From an uncultured Pseudomonadota bacterium (GTDB lineage: Bacteria > Myxococcota_A > UBA796 > SXON01): a stretch of DNA of 64,000 nt. A model generated the notes under the pieces. That model was not told the origin of the DNA and made no database searches. It saw only the letters and a list, made by a program, of their open reading frames with translations. Shown in pieces: positions 30,434-39,190 of this stretch; positions within the stretch are counted from its first letter, which is position 1, and every line of letters starts with the position of its first letter. Where the stretch lies: NCBI GenBank assembly GCA_903900265.1, contig CAIUMM010000015.1:4036-68035 (forward strand). The letters run 5' to 3'. A program made the translations under genes and the position numbers.

Positions 30434-32738
30434 CGGGCGCGCTCGCCAGCACCCAGACCGTCCCAGACTGGCCGTCGATCATCAGCTCGTCGCCGGTGCG
30501 CAGCCTGCGGGTGGCGCCCATGACGTTCGCCACCGCCGGGATCCGGTACTCGCGGGCGACGACCGCGCCATGCGATAGCTGGCTCCCCAACTCCAAGACC
30601 AACCCTGCGGCGCGCGCGTAGAGCGGCGTCCACGCCGGATCGGTGGAGGGCGTGACGAGGATCTCCCCTGCGCGGAGCATCGGTGCGTCGTCGTAGCGCG
30701 TCAGGACGCGTGCCGTTCCCCTCGCCGTGCCGGGCGACACGCCGAGCCCTTGAAGCCGCGTTCTGGAGGAGGGCGGCGCGACGGGTTGGTCTCCGCGTAA
30801 GAAGTCCGGAGGCCCCGGATCCGGCGGGATCGCGCGGCGCAGCGCAGCCCTTCGGCGACCATCGACGGGCGGGTCGCACAGCTCGCTCACCGACAACCAC
30901 GGAATATCGGCTTCCGCCAAGCCAAGTTCGGGAGCGAGCGCGCAGAGCCTCTGCTTCAGACGCCAGAAGATCAAGTCCAAGTAGTAGCGCTGCTCTTCGC
31001 GGAGCCGAAAGTACTCGCTGCCCAAGTGTGCGAGCTTTCGGTGGTCGGCGCGGAGCTGGGCGACGGCGGCTGCGGTCTCCCGCGCCTCGCCTTCGATGTC
31101 CGGAGGGTCGGCTGCAGCGAGCGCGGCGGCTAAGGCTCGCGTGCCCGCCGGATCCTCTGCGAGCCGCGGGGCCCAGATCTCCCAGCTCGATCGAGACCGA
31201 TGCCCATGTTCGAGCAGGAAGCTCTCCAGCGTCCGCGACCCACGCCCGACCTCCCCGAGCGCGACGTCCACCTTGCGGGTGATCGAGCCTCCCCACGGCC
31301 GCAGAATCAGCCCTCGCTGCGCCTCGGTCAAGCCCGGCGAGAGCAGCTCCCACAGGATGTTCGCGAACAACAGCGAAGTCACGTGGATCTTGATGTACGC
31401 GCGCAGGATCGTGTCTGTCCGGGCCAGCGCCTGAGCAGCGCTGTCCGTTTCGAGGGGCGCGAGCGCGGCGGGCAAGGAGGACCGAAACGCGTCCCAGGCG
31501 CGGACGTTGGTCAGCGGGTTCCAGCGAAACCGGCGCCATCGTCGTTCTTTGAAGGTGGTGCGGAAGATGCTGGCGTAGACCGCGAGGTCTGGCAACGCCG
31601 CGCGTCGGCCCAGCCACCGCTGCTCCTCTTCTGGTGGAAAGAAGTCCAGCATGAACCGTGGAGGCGCGGCGCCGGGGAGCTTGAACGCGAGGTGTCGAAA
31701 CACGGTCACGTTCGCGTACGGGTGGCCGTTCACCACCTGAAAAGGGGGATCCCCGCCGAGATACACGCGAGATGTGTCCGGGTACGCGATGAAGTAGTCC
31801 AGCGCGGGCCCCACCAGCGACCACGTCAGCGGGGTGACGCCGCCCGGGAACCGTTCACCGATGAAGCGACGGGTCCAGAGCGTGGCCTCGCCGCGGGGAA
31901 GCCGCTGCTGGGTGGTGATCGGGCGGGCCTGCAGGACGTGCACAACGCCGGCTCGGTCCTGCACCCACTCGATGTCCTGTGGCGCGCCTCGCTTCCCTTC
32001 GATGAGCAGCCCAAGCTCTCCGAGCGCCACTAGGTCGTCCCTCAGGAGCTTGCGTGCATTTGCGGCATCGGTAGCGCAGGTTTTCAACGTGCCGTGATCG
32101 AGGACCTGCTGCGTCCGTTGGGCGCGCACCTCTTCGAGGACGACCGTTGGGGATTTGCGGTTCCCGAGCCGTCGGTCGCGGGAGAGGACGTATCGGTCCG
32201 GTACGATCGCGCCGCTGACCAGCTGCTCCCCCAGCCCCCAGACCGCCTCGACGATCATCTCCGACCAGCTCCCGCTCACCGGATTGGTGGTGAACAGCAC
32301 GCCGGCGACGCGCGCGTCGATCATCTCCTGAACGAGGACCGTCATGCCGTCCAAGGGCTGCCCTTCGGGCCTCGCGATCACCCAGCTCGCCCACACGCGC
32401 CGTACGGCGGCCTCAAACCCCGGCGCGTCCACCGCCAGCACCGTGGCATAGCGCCCTGCGGCAGAGGTTCGTGCCCCGTCTTCATCGGCGCCGCTCGAGC
32501 GTACCGCCACGCATGGGGCCGGGCACACCAGCGGCGTGGGCATCGGGGCGTCCAGCACGCGCTCCATTAGATCAGCGCGCTCGGCGGTAAGCTGGTTTGA
32601 CTGGAGGAATGCTCCAAAAGTCGAGGTCGGGATGATCCAGGCGCGCGGCACGCGCACCCCGTCGCGCATCAGGTCGGACAGCGCCGCGGCTTTCGCGCCG
32701 GGACGCTCCGACTTTCCGAGCGGAAGGGGCCGCATCAT
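30396..32738 (-). CDS. PEP-utilising enzyme family phosphotransferase (PpsA/PPDK N-terminal ATP-grasp + C-terminal swivel-His domain; RPH-like architecture)
   Basis: 780 aa. N-terminus GKSERPGAKAAALSDLMRDGVRVPRAWIIP (PPDK_N type). C-terminus GVSPGTARGTARVL...GEILVTPSTDPAWTPLYARAAGLVLELGSQLSHGAVVAREYRIPAV (PEP-utilisers mobile domain with the phospho-His). Confidence 0.85.
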   Translation of the reverse strand: MMRPLPLGKSERPGAKAAALSDLMRDGVRVPRAWIIPTSTFGAFLQSNQLTAERADLMERVLDAPMPTPLVCPAPCVAVRSSGADEDGARTSAAGRYATVLAVDAPGFEAAVRRVWASWVIARPEGQPLDGMTVLVQEMIDARVAGVLFTTNPVSGSWSEMIVEAVWGLGEQLVSGAIVPDRYVLSRDRRLGNRKSPTVVLEEVRAQRTQQVLDHGTLKTCATDAANARKLLRDDLVALGELGLLIEGKRGAPQDIEWVQDRAGVVHVLQARPITTQQRLPRGEATLWTRRFIGERFPGGVTPLTWSLVGPALDYFIAYPDTSRVYLGGDPPFQVVNGHPYANVTVFRHLAFKLPGAAPPRFMLDFFPPEEEQRWLGRRAALPDLAVYASIFRTTFKERRWRRFRWNPLTNVRAWDAFRSSLPAALAPLETDSAAQALARTDTILRAYIKIHVTSLLFANILWELLSPGLTEAQRGLILRPWGGSITRKVDVALGEVGRGSRTLESFLLEHGHRSRSSWEIWAPRLAEDPAGTRALAAALAAADPPDIEGEARETAAAVAQLRADHRKLAHLGSEYFRLREEQRYYLDLIFWRLKQRLCALAPELGLAEADIPWLSVSELCDPPVDGRRRAALRRAIPPDPGPPDFLRGDQPVAPPSSRTRLQGLGVSPGTARGTARVLTRYDDAPMLRAGEILVTPSTDPAWTPLYARAAGLVLELGSQLSHGAVVAREYRIPAVANVMGATRRLRTGDELMIDGQSGTVWVLASAPVNDDGDSASDPR

Positions 32739-34138
32739 TCGGGCTTGCGGCTCAGCCCGAGGGCGTCGGCGATCGGGGCGAACGGCGCGCTCTTAGCGGC
32801 CTCCAAGGCTTCGAACGCCGCGCTGTAATCCGCGATGTTGTCGTGATCGGTCTCCAGCATGTGTTCGATCGCACGCCGCTTCAGCTCCGCTTCGGGGGCT
32901 TGCAACGGGCCCAAGCGATGAAGCTCGCGTTGTAGGGCGTCCGAGAGGCTGTGAGCCGCGGCGATGCGCTCCGGCAGGGTGTGGGCCTGCGTTGCGGTGA
33001 GGGTGGCCTGCTCGATCTGCGCCGGCTGCGCCCCCCAAAGAATCAGCTGTTTGCCTGCGTCTATTTGTTGTTGCAGGTCGGTCGCGACTGCGGTCTCGGC
33101 GAGCTGCGCGGCAGCGCGGGCGCGTGTGAGCGGCGCCGCTGTTACGTAGGCGCCGATGTACAGGATGCCTCCCACGCCAAGCAGCGGCGCGAGGATGAAC
33201 TGGGTGACACGTCGCACGGCTCTTAGGGTTGGGTCGGGCCGCTCCTGATCGTAGGCGATTCCGTGCGCGGCCGGCTCCGGAGCCGGCGGCTCGGGTGCGT
33301 GAGGCGCGGGAGCGACGCCCAAGAGCGCGTCTGCCAGCTGCGACAGGTCGGAGTAGCGGTCCCCGGGCTTGCTCGCCACGGCGCGCTCGATCGCGGCTGC
33401 CACGAAGGGCGGGCAGCCGTCTACTTCGCGAAAGAGCGCGGCTTCGGAAGGGTTTGCCCCGTAGGCTGCGGTGTAGCGCGGTTGACCGGTGAGCATCTCG
33501 TACAGGATGCAGCCCAACGCGTAGATGTCCGCTCTTGCGTCCGGTTCGGGCTCATCCCACGCGAGCTCCGGTGCGCTGTATCGATCGCCTTCGCGACCGT
33601 AGCGCAGCGCGCGCCCGAGCCCGAAGTTCGCGACGCGGGCCGCGATCCGGTCGGTTTGTTCGCACAGGTAGATGTCGTCGGGGGTGAGCGCCCAGTGCAC
33701 CACACCGGCGTCATGGGCCGCCTGCACCGTGCTTCGGATCTGATCGAACACCAAGACCGCCTCGGCGAAGTCCATGCGGGTGCCGTCGCCCAAAACCTCG
33801 CGCAGGCATGGGCCCTCCACGAGCGCGTGTACGACGCCAAAGCACGCGCCATCCGACACGATCGCCGTCAAAGGGACGAGGTGTGGATGGGAGAACGAGC
33901 GTTGGAGGAGCAGCTCCCTCTCGAGGCCCGCGCGGCACTCGGTATCGCGCACCGGCAGCACCTGCAGCAACTGGTCGCTGGGGTCTCCGGGACCGCGGAC
34001 GGCGTACAACGGTCCCCACCGTCCGTCGCCTCGTGGCTCCCGCACCTTGAACCCGCCGACGGTCGCTCCCGGTTGCAGTAGGGTCGGTCTGCCGGGCTCA
34101 GGCGCCTTCAGGACGCCTCCTCGTCGGTCTCGCTCCAC
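32735..34138 (-). CDS. Receptor-like Ser/Thr protein kinase homolog lacking catalytic residues (predicted pseudokinase) with one TM helix and helical C-terminal domain
   Basis: 467 aa. Kinase-fold landmarks GDGRWG (G-loop), SAPE and DIYALGCILYEML are present. HRDLKPxN reads HWALTPDD, DFG reads NFG, and no beta3 Lys is seen in a VAIK-like context. TM segment FILAPLLGVGGILYIGAYVTAA. ATGA overlap with the downstream PEP-utilising gene. Confidence 0.8.
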   Translation of the reverse strand: MERDRRGGVLKAPEPGRPTLLQPGATVGGFKVREPRGDGRWGPLYAVRGPGDPSDQLLQVLPVRDTECRAGLERELLLQRSFSHPHLVPLTAIVSDGACFGVVHALVEGPCLREVLGDGTRMDFAEAVLVFDQIRSTVQAAHDAGVVHWALTPDDIYLCEQTDRIAARVANFGLGRALRYGREGDRYSAPELAWDEPEPDARADIYALGCILYEMLTGQPRYTAAYGANPSEAALFREVDGCPPFVAAAIERAVASKPGDRYSDLSQLADALLGVAPAPHAPEPPAPEPAAHGIAYDQERPDPTLRAVRRVTQFILAPLLGVGGILYIGAYVTAAPLTRARAAAQLAETAVATDLQQQIDAGKQLILWGAQPAQIEQATLTATQAHTLPERIAAAHSLSDALQRELHRLGPLQAPEAELKRRAIEHMLETDHDNIADYSAAFEALEAAKSAPFAPIADALGLSRKPE

Positions 34139-34323
34139 CGCTCAAACAAGGGATCGAAGCGCGCCCCCGCGAGCTCCCATCCGGCCCCGACGATGCACAG
34201 CACCTCGTGAATTCCCAGCCAGATCCAGCCTCGCCAACCCAGCCTTGGGCCGATCAGCACGAGCAGCGAGGCCCCGACCACCAGCCAGGCGAGCGCGAAC
34301 ACCTTCATTGGCCGTATACCCAT
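34108..34323 (-). CDS. Small membrane protein (two TM helices)
   Basis: 71 aa with high GC3. Hydrophobic segments VFALAWLVVGASLLVLIG and IWLGIHEVLCIVGAGW. The 3' end overlaps the kinase-like gene start by 31 nt. Confidence 0.6.
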   Translation of the reverse strand: MGIRPMKVFALAWLVVGASLLVLIGPRLGWRGWIWLGIHEVLCIVGAGWELAGARFDPLFERWSETDEEAS

Positions 34324-34392
34324 GCTGATTTTGCACCTGTACCTCCACCATTATCTTCTTTGCCGAGGATAGCCGGGGTCAGGAGTCTTTGT

Positions 34393-35430
34393 GTGAGCGA
34401 CGACGTGCAGCATCCCCACCGGGTTCTTGTGGTAGGACCACGTGGATCTGGCCGTCGAATCGACGCGTATCTGGCGCTTCGGTTCTCGGATTGGTCGCGC
34501 GCGCAGTTTGTGCGCTGGATTCGACTAGGGATGGTGCGGTCGGATCTGCGCACCTTGAAGCCCTCCAGCACCATCGCAGACGGCGAGGTCATTCGCATCT
34601 ACGTGCCGGGCATCGCCCCCGATGGCGCCCCGCCGCCGATGCCGCCGATCCTGTACGAGGACGAGCACCTGCTCGCGCTCGACAAGCCCGCGGGCTTGCT
34701 GATGCACGCGGTCGGTCAACGCTGGTCGTACAGCGTCGTGGGGCTGGCCCGGGACGCACGGCCGGAATGCGAGGTCGATCTTGCGCATCGCCTCGATCGG
34801 GAGACGTCCGGCGTCGTCATCCTCGTCAAGTCGGTGGAGGCCAACCGCCGGATGCGCGACCTGTTCCAGGACCGATACGTGAGCAAGACGTATCAAGCGA
34901 TCGTCTACGGCTCGCCGGAGTGGGAGACCAACGTGTGCGAGGCGCCGTTGGGGTCGATTCATCCGAAGGACGAGTCGGTGGTGGCCTCTGGAAAGCCCGA
35001 GACCGTCGAGCTGCGTCAGGGCTACGTCGCCGATGGTTCGAGCGCGCGCACGGGGTTCTCGGTGCTCTCCCGCTTCGGGGCCTTCAGCCTCGTGGAGTGC
35101 TACCCTGAGACCGGGCGGACCCATCAGATCCGCGCGCACTTAGAGGTCCTCGGCTTCCCCATCCTCGGCGACAAGCTGTACGGTCAGCCAGACGACGTTT
35201 TTTTGGAGAGCTTGCGACAAGGTCCGACGGACCGCGTGCGCGCCGCCTTGCGGTTTCCGCGTCACTGCCTGCACGCGCGCTCCATCGCGTTTCCCCATCC
35301 GTTCACGGGGCAAACGCTGCGCGTGACCGCGCCGCTCGCCGCAGATATGCAGGCGATCGTCGACGGCGCGGAGCCCATCTGGCCAACGGCCGATGGGCCT
35401 ACGGTGGAGCCCGAAGACTCCCCCGAATGA
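34393..35430 (+). CDS. RluA-family pseudouridine synthase (RluD-like, with S4 domain)
   Basis: GTG at 34393 with AGGAG 7 nt upstream. Motifs RIDAYLA (S4-like), LLALDKPAGLLMH and HRLDRETSGVVILVKS (catalytic Asp), plus KTYQAIVYG. Confidence 0.88.
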   Translation: MSDDVQHPHRVLVVGPRGSGRRIDAYLALRFSDWSRAQFVRWIRLGMVRSDLRTLKPSSTIADGEVIRIYVPGIAPDGAPPPMPPILYEDEHLLALDKPAGLLMHAVGQRWSYSVVGLARDARPECEVDLAHRLDRETSGVVILVKSVEANRRMRDLFQDRYVSKTYQAIVYGSPEWETNVCEAPLGSIHPKDESVVASGKPETVELRQGYVADGSSARTGFSVLSRFGAFSLVECYPETGRTHQIRAHLEVLGFPILGDKLYGQPDDVFLESLRQGPTDRVRAALRFPRHCLHARSIAFPHPFTGQTLRVTAPLAADMQAIVDGAEPIWPTADGPTVEPEDSPE

Positions 35431-35431
35431 C

Positions 35432-35737
35432 CTACTGCCCGTTGTCGCCGATGGCTTCGACGGGACAGTTTTCCATCGCTTCATTGCACTGCGAGAGCTC
35501 TTCGTCGTTCTCGGGTTGCTTGAAGCAAATGTCGTGATCTTCAGCGTCCGACATGCGGAAGTTCGCCGGAGCAGCATCGGAGCACACGGAGCACAGGATG
35601 CACTCCTTGTCTACGTAGAAGCCGACCTTCTTCCCACCGATCACGTTCGTTCCGCCGGTGTTGTCTTCCCAACGATTCTTCCAATCTGCCACGTTGAACT
35701 CCAAAAGAGTGCGCACGGTATCCCCGCTTGCCGTCAC
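35432..35737 (-). CDS. Single-cluster ferredoxin
   Basis: CILCSVC (CxxCxxC) plus a distal CP (ENCPVEAI). An alternative GTG start at 35692, with GGAG 6 nt upstream, would give 86 aa and seems at least as likely. Confidence 0.75.
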   Translation of the reverse strand: MTASGDTVRTLLEFNVADWKNRWEDNTGGTNVIGGKKVGFYVDKECILCSVCSDAAPANFRMSDAEDHDICFKQPENDEELSQCNEAMENCPVEAIGDNGQ

Positions 35738-35796
35738 TGCGCAACCAGTGGTTTTCGGGTTCGCACTTCATCGCGAGCTTGCATACAACATCCGGC

Positions 35797-36357
35797 ATGG
35801 CCGTCCTCCATGTCGCCCGAATGGGCAATCCTGTGCTGCGTGAGATCGCGCAGCCCGTTCCCCCCGACAGCATCCGCTCCAAGGCGTTTCAGCAGTTCTG
35901 CGAAGACCTGCTTGAAAGCATGATTGAGCACGATGGCACCGGCCTCGCAGCGCCGCAGGTCCACGAGAGCGTGCGGGTCGTCGTGTTCAGCATCGACGGC
36001 GGTGACCCGATCTTCCTGATCAACCCGGTCATCACGCCGCTCGGTCCGGAGACCGCGGAGGGCTACGAGGGCTGCCTCTCGGTGCCGAATCTACGCGGCA
36101 AGGTGCAGCGCTGGTCGCACATCCGGGTGGACGCCCTGAATCGCGCGGGCAAGTCCTTTGCGTTCGAGGCCCACGGCTGGCCGGCGCGCGTCGTACAGCA
36201 CGAATGCGACCATTTGGACGGCGTGCTCTACGTCGACCGAGCGGATCCAAAGTCTCTGGCCTTTTTGGGCGAGTATCGGCGCTTCGGGCCTCCGGTTCCG
36301 CTGCCGGAGAAAGACCGCGAAGACGAAGACGAAGACGCCGACGAGGGCGAAGAGTAG
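35797..36357 (+). CDS. def: Peptide deformylase
   Basis: All three PDF motifs are present: GTGLAAPQV, EGCLSVP and HECDHLDG. There is an acidic C-terminal tail. ATG at 35797 is internal to the 35728 ORF. Confidence 0.93.
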   Translation: MAVLHVARMGNPVLREIAQPVPPDSIRSKAFQQFCEDLLESMIEHDGTGLAAPQVHESVRVVVFSIDGGDPIFLINPVITPLGPETAEGYEGCLSVPNLRGKVQRWSHIRVDALNRAGKSFAFEAHGWPARVVQHECDHLDGVLYVDRADPKSLAFLGEYRRFGPPVPLPEKDREDEDEDADEGEE

Positions 36358-36391
36358 CGTAGGCCGGTCGCTGCGCGAAGCGGCGTGACGC

Positions 36392-36616
36392 TTATTCGCC
36401 GACCCGCCGCACGAGCGGCGCGAGCCCTCTGGACTCCAGCAGCTCGACCAGCGCCTTTACGCGCGCGGGGTCCACGACAAGCTCGGTGTCGGAGATGCGC
36501 CCGATGATGAAGTCGTCGATCGACACGAGCAGCGCCATCTCGCGGAGCGCGTCGGCGTCGCTGACGCGCAGCACCGCCACGTTCTTGTGGACGACGGGCG
36601 TGCGTTCATCACTCAT
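36392..36616 (-). CDS. Hypothetical 74-aa acidic protein translationally coupled to XPB helicase
   Basis: ATGA overlap with the helicase stop. High GC3. No recognisable motif. Confidence 0.65.
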   Translation of the reverse strand: MSDERTPVVHKNVAVLRVSDADALREMALLVSIDDFIIGRISDTELVVDPARVKALVELLESRGLAPLVRRVGE

Positions 36617-38283
36617 GCGGCGCTCTCAATCCGGTATGCGTAACCCTGCTCGGTGAGGAACAGCTGGCGACGCTCGCCGTAGGTCTGCTCGATGGTGTCA
36701 CGGGTGATGATCGTGTAGAAGCTGGCTTTGTTGGAGCCGGTCTTCGGACGCAGGATGCGTCCGAGGCGCTGCGCTTCTTCTTGACGGCTGCCCCACGTGC
36801 CGCTGATCTGGATCGCGACGTTGGCGTCGGGCAGGTCGACCGAGAAGTTCCCGACCTTGGACACGACAAGCACCTTGTCGTCCCCGCGACGGAATCGCTC
36901 GTAGAGCTCGTCCCGCTGGCGCTGCGGGGTGCGGCCGTCGATGATCGGCAGGTTCAGCTTATGCGCCATGAACTCGAGCTGGTCGATGTACATACCGAGG
37001 ATGAGCACGCGGTCGCCGTCGTGCTGGGCGAGCAAGCGCTCCACGATCGGGGTCTTCATCGCGTTGCAGCTCGCGACGCGGAACTTTTCACGATCGTCGG
37101 CGGTGGCGTAGCGCAGACGATCTTCGTCGGTGAACCCGCAGCGAATCTCGGTGCAGGACGCCTGCGCGATCCAACCCTGATGCTCGAGGTCCTTCCAGGG
37201 CACGTCGAAGCGCTTGGGGCCGATCAAGGAAAATACATCTTCCTCTTTTCCGTCTTCGCGTACCAGCGTGGCGGTGAGGCCGAGACGGCGGCGCGCCTGA
37301 AGATGGGCGACGGCGCGGAAGATCGGCGCCGGGAGCAGGTGGACCTCATCGTAGACGACGAGGCCCCAGTTCTCCCGGTCGAAGATGCCGAAGTGAACGA
37401 AGATGTCGTTCTTGGACTTGCGGAACGTGATGATCTGGTAGGTCGCCAGGGTCACCGGGCGAATGTCCTTGGTCTCACCCGAGTACTCGCCGATTTGATC
37501 CTCGGTGATGCTGGTGCGCTCGAGGATCTCCGCTCGCCATTGGCGGAGCGCCGTAACGTTGGTGCCGAGGATCAACGTACGCATCCCCAGCTTGGCCATG
37601 ACGGCGATGCCGACCATGGTCTTCCCCGCGCCGCAAGGAAGCACGATGACGCCGGAGCCGCCGTGGACCACGCCGTCGCCGTAAAACGCGTCTACGGCCT
37701 GGGTTTGGTAGTCGCGAAGCGCCCATGGCGTGCCGCTCTTGGTCTCGGGCAGCATGTGCAGGTCGAGGTGGTCACCGTCCCGGTAGCCCGCGAGATCCTC
37801 TACCGGATGACCGGCGTGGGTGAGGGTCATCTTCAGGTCGCCGCGATGTGCGGGGTCGACCAGCACCTCGGTGGGCGAGATCTTCGTGCCGAGGAACGGG
37901 ATGACCGGCTTCAGACCGCAGACCTCGGTCATCAACACCGGTTCGTCGGCTTCGAGGCGAAGGCCGCGCGGATCCTTGTACAGCTTCAGCCTGCCGTAAC
38001 GACCCATCGTCTCTCGAATCGAGACGGGCACGTTGGGCGGGACGTCGTATTTCGCCCACTGATTGAGCGAATCGACGACGTCTTGAACGCTCATCCCCGC
38101 GCTGGCTGCGTTCCACAACGACAGCGGCGTGACCTTGTAGGTGTGGATGTAGTCGGGCGACTTCACGAGCTCGGCGAAGCGCACCAGCGCATCGCGAGCT
38201 TCGCGGAAGTGAACGCTCATCGTCTCCAGCAAAAGGGTGTGGTCGGACTGGACGATCAGCGGGTTTTCAGGGACGTAGTGCAT
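36613..38283 (-). CDS. XPB/ERCC3(Rad25)-like SF2 DNA helicase
   Basis: 556 aa with an N-terminal damage-recognition-like domain. Helicase motifs VLPCGAGKT (I), VYDEVHLLPA (II) and LGLTATLVREDGKEED (III + RED motif). C-terminal RecA2 domain with VSKVGNFSVDLPDANV. Confidence 0.9.
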   Translation of the reverse strand: MHYVPENPLIVQSDHTLLLETMSVHFREARDALVRFAELVKSPDYIHTYKVTPLSLWNAASAGMSVQDVVDSLNQWAKYDVPPNVPVSIRETMGRYGRLKLYKDPRGLRLEADEPVLMTEVCGLKPVIPFLGTKISPTEVLVDPAHRGDLKMTLTHAGHPVEDLAGYRDGDHLDLHMLPETKSGTPWALRDYQTQAVDAFYGDGVVHGGSGVIVLPCGAGKTMVGIAVMAKLGMRTLILGTNVTALRQWRAEILERTSITEDQIGEYSGETKDIRPVTLATYQIITFRKSKNDIFVHFGIFDRENWGLVVYDEVHLLPAPIFRAVAHLQARRRLGLTATLVREDGKEEDVFSLIGPKRFDVPWKDLEHQGWIAQASCTEIRCGFTDEDRLRYATADDREKFRVASCNAMKTPIVERLLAQHDGDRVLILGMYIDQLEFMAHKLNLPIIDGRTPQRQRDELYERFRRGDDKVLVVSKVGNFSVDLPDANVAIQISGTWGSRQEEAQRLGRILRPKTGSNKASFYTIITRDTIEQTYGERRQLFLTEQGYAYRIESAA

Positions 38284-38325
38284 AGGGCCGGCCGCTTATC
38301 ACCGGCATGCGCTTGCGGCCCGGTT

Positions 38326-39075
38326 TCAGCGCGCGCTTGAGGGCTCGGGGATCAGCGGCAGGATGACGACTTCGGGCACCATGTGTCGAACGCTGGTGGT
38401 CGCCGCCTCCCAGACGCGCTCGGCGACCTCTTCGGGGCTCAGGAAGTCCCGCTCGGGGTCGATGTGATCGGGGAAAGGATAGCGATCCATGGTCCTCCAG
38501 AACGGGGTGTTGATGCCGCCGGGGCAGATCGTCGTCACGTGCACGCCCCAGCGGGTGGCCTCCATCTGAAGGGTCCCTGAGAAGCCTTGGAGTCCCCATT
38601 TGGAGGCGCAATACACGGATTCATTCGGTAAAAGTCGCTTCCCCGCAATCGAAGAGATGTTGATGATACGTCCGTTGCGTTGCTGCTTCATCACCCGATA
38701 TGCGGCGAGACTCCCGTAGATCGCACCCTTCAAGTTGGTGTCGATCATGCGGTCGATCTCGGCAGGGGTGACATCCTCCGCGGGACCATACGCCGCGACT
38801 CCGGCGTTGTTGATCATGACGTCAATGCGGGAGAATTCCGCGACGGTAGCGTCGATCAGTCGCTCGCACTCGTTCGCGACGCGTACGTCGGTCTGCACCG
38901 CGAGCGTCGCCACACCCTCGGCCGTCAACTCCTCAGCGAGCTGGTCGATCTCGGGCGCCGTTTGTGCGGCGAGCACCACGTCGAAACCTCCGCGCGCGAA
39001 GCGACGCGCGAGCGCCGCGCCCAATCCGCGGCCGGCACCGGTGATACATACGACGGGTCGGGATGTGTCATTCAT
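38326..39075 (-). CDS. SDR-family oxidoreductase
   Basis: 249 aa. TGAGRGLG cofactor motif, NNAG, and catalytic YCASKWG (YxxxK). Confidence 0.9.
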   Translation of the reverse strand: MNDTSRPVVCITGAGRGLGAALARRFARGGFDVVLAAQTAPEIDQLAEELTAEGVATLAVQTDVRVANECERLIDATVAEFSRIDVMINNAGVAAYGPAEDVTPAEIDRMIDTNLKGAIYGSLAAYRVMKQQRNGRIINISSIAGKRLLPNESVYCASKWGLQGFSGTLQMEATRWGVHVTTICPGGINTPFWRTMDRYPFPDHIDPERDFLSPEEVAERVWEAATTSVRHMVPEVVILPLIPEPSSAR

Positions 39076-39190
39076 GCGGGCTCCAGGAGCGTGCGGAGGG
39101 GGGTGTACAAGTTCGACAGCTGCAGATGGTTACAATTTGTGACAGCGTGGCATGTGGATTTTTTCGTCCGGTGCGTTCATCCGGCGACCG

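Noticed and set aside
39130-39180. A 16-aa mini-ORF (MNAPDEKIHMPRCHKL) on the minus strand, 10 nt downstream of the radical SAM gene, considered as a possible RiPP precursor.
   Set aside because: It has no Shine-Dalgarno sequence. Its codon usage is AT-rich and unlike any gene in the window. It is too short and lies downstream rather than upstream of the enzyme. The AT-rich tract is more plausibly promoter DNA for the SDR gene.
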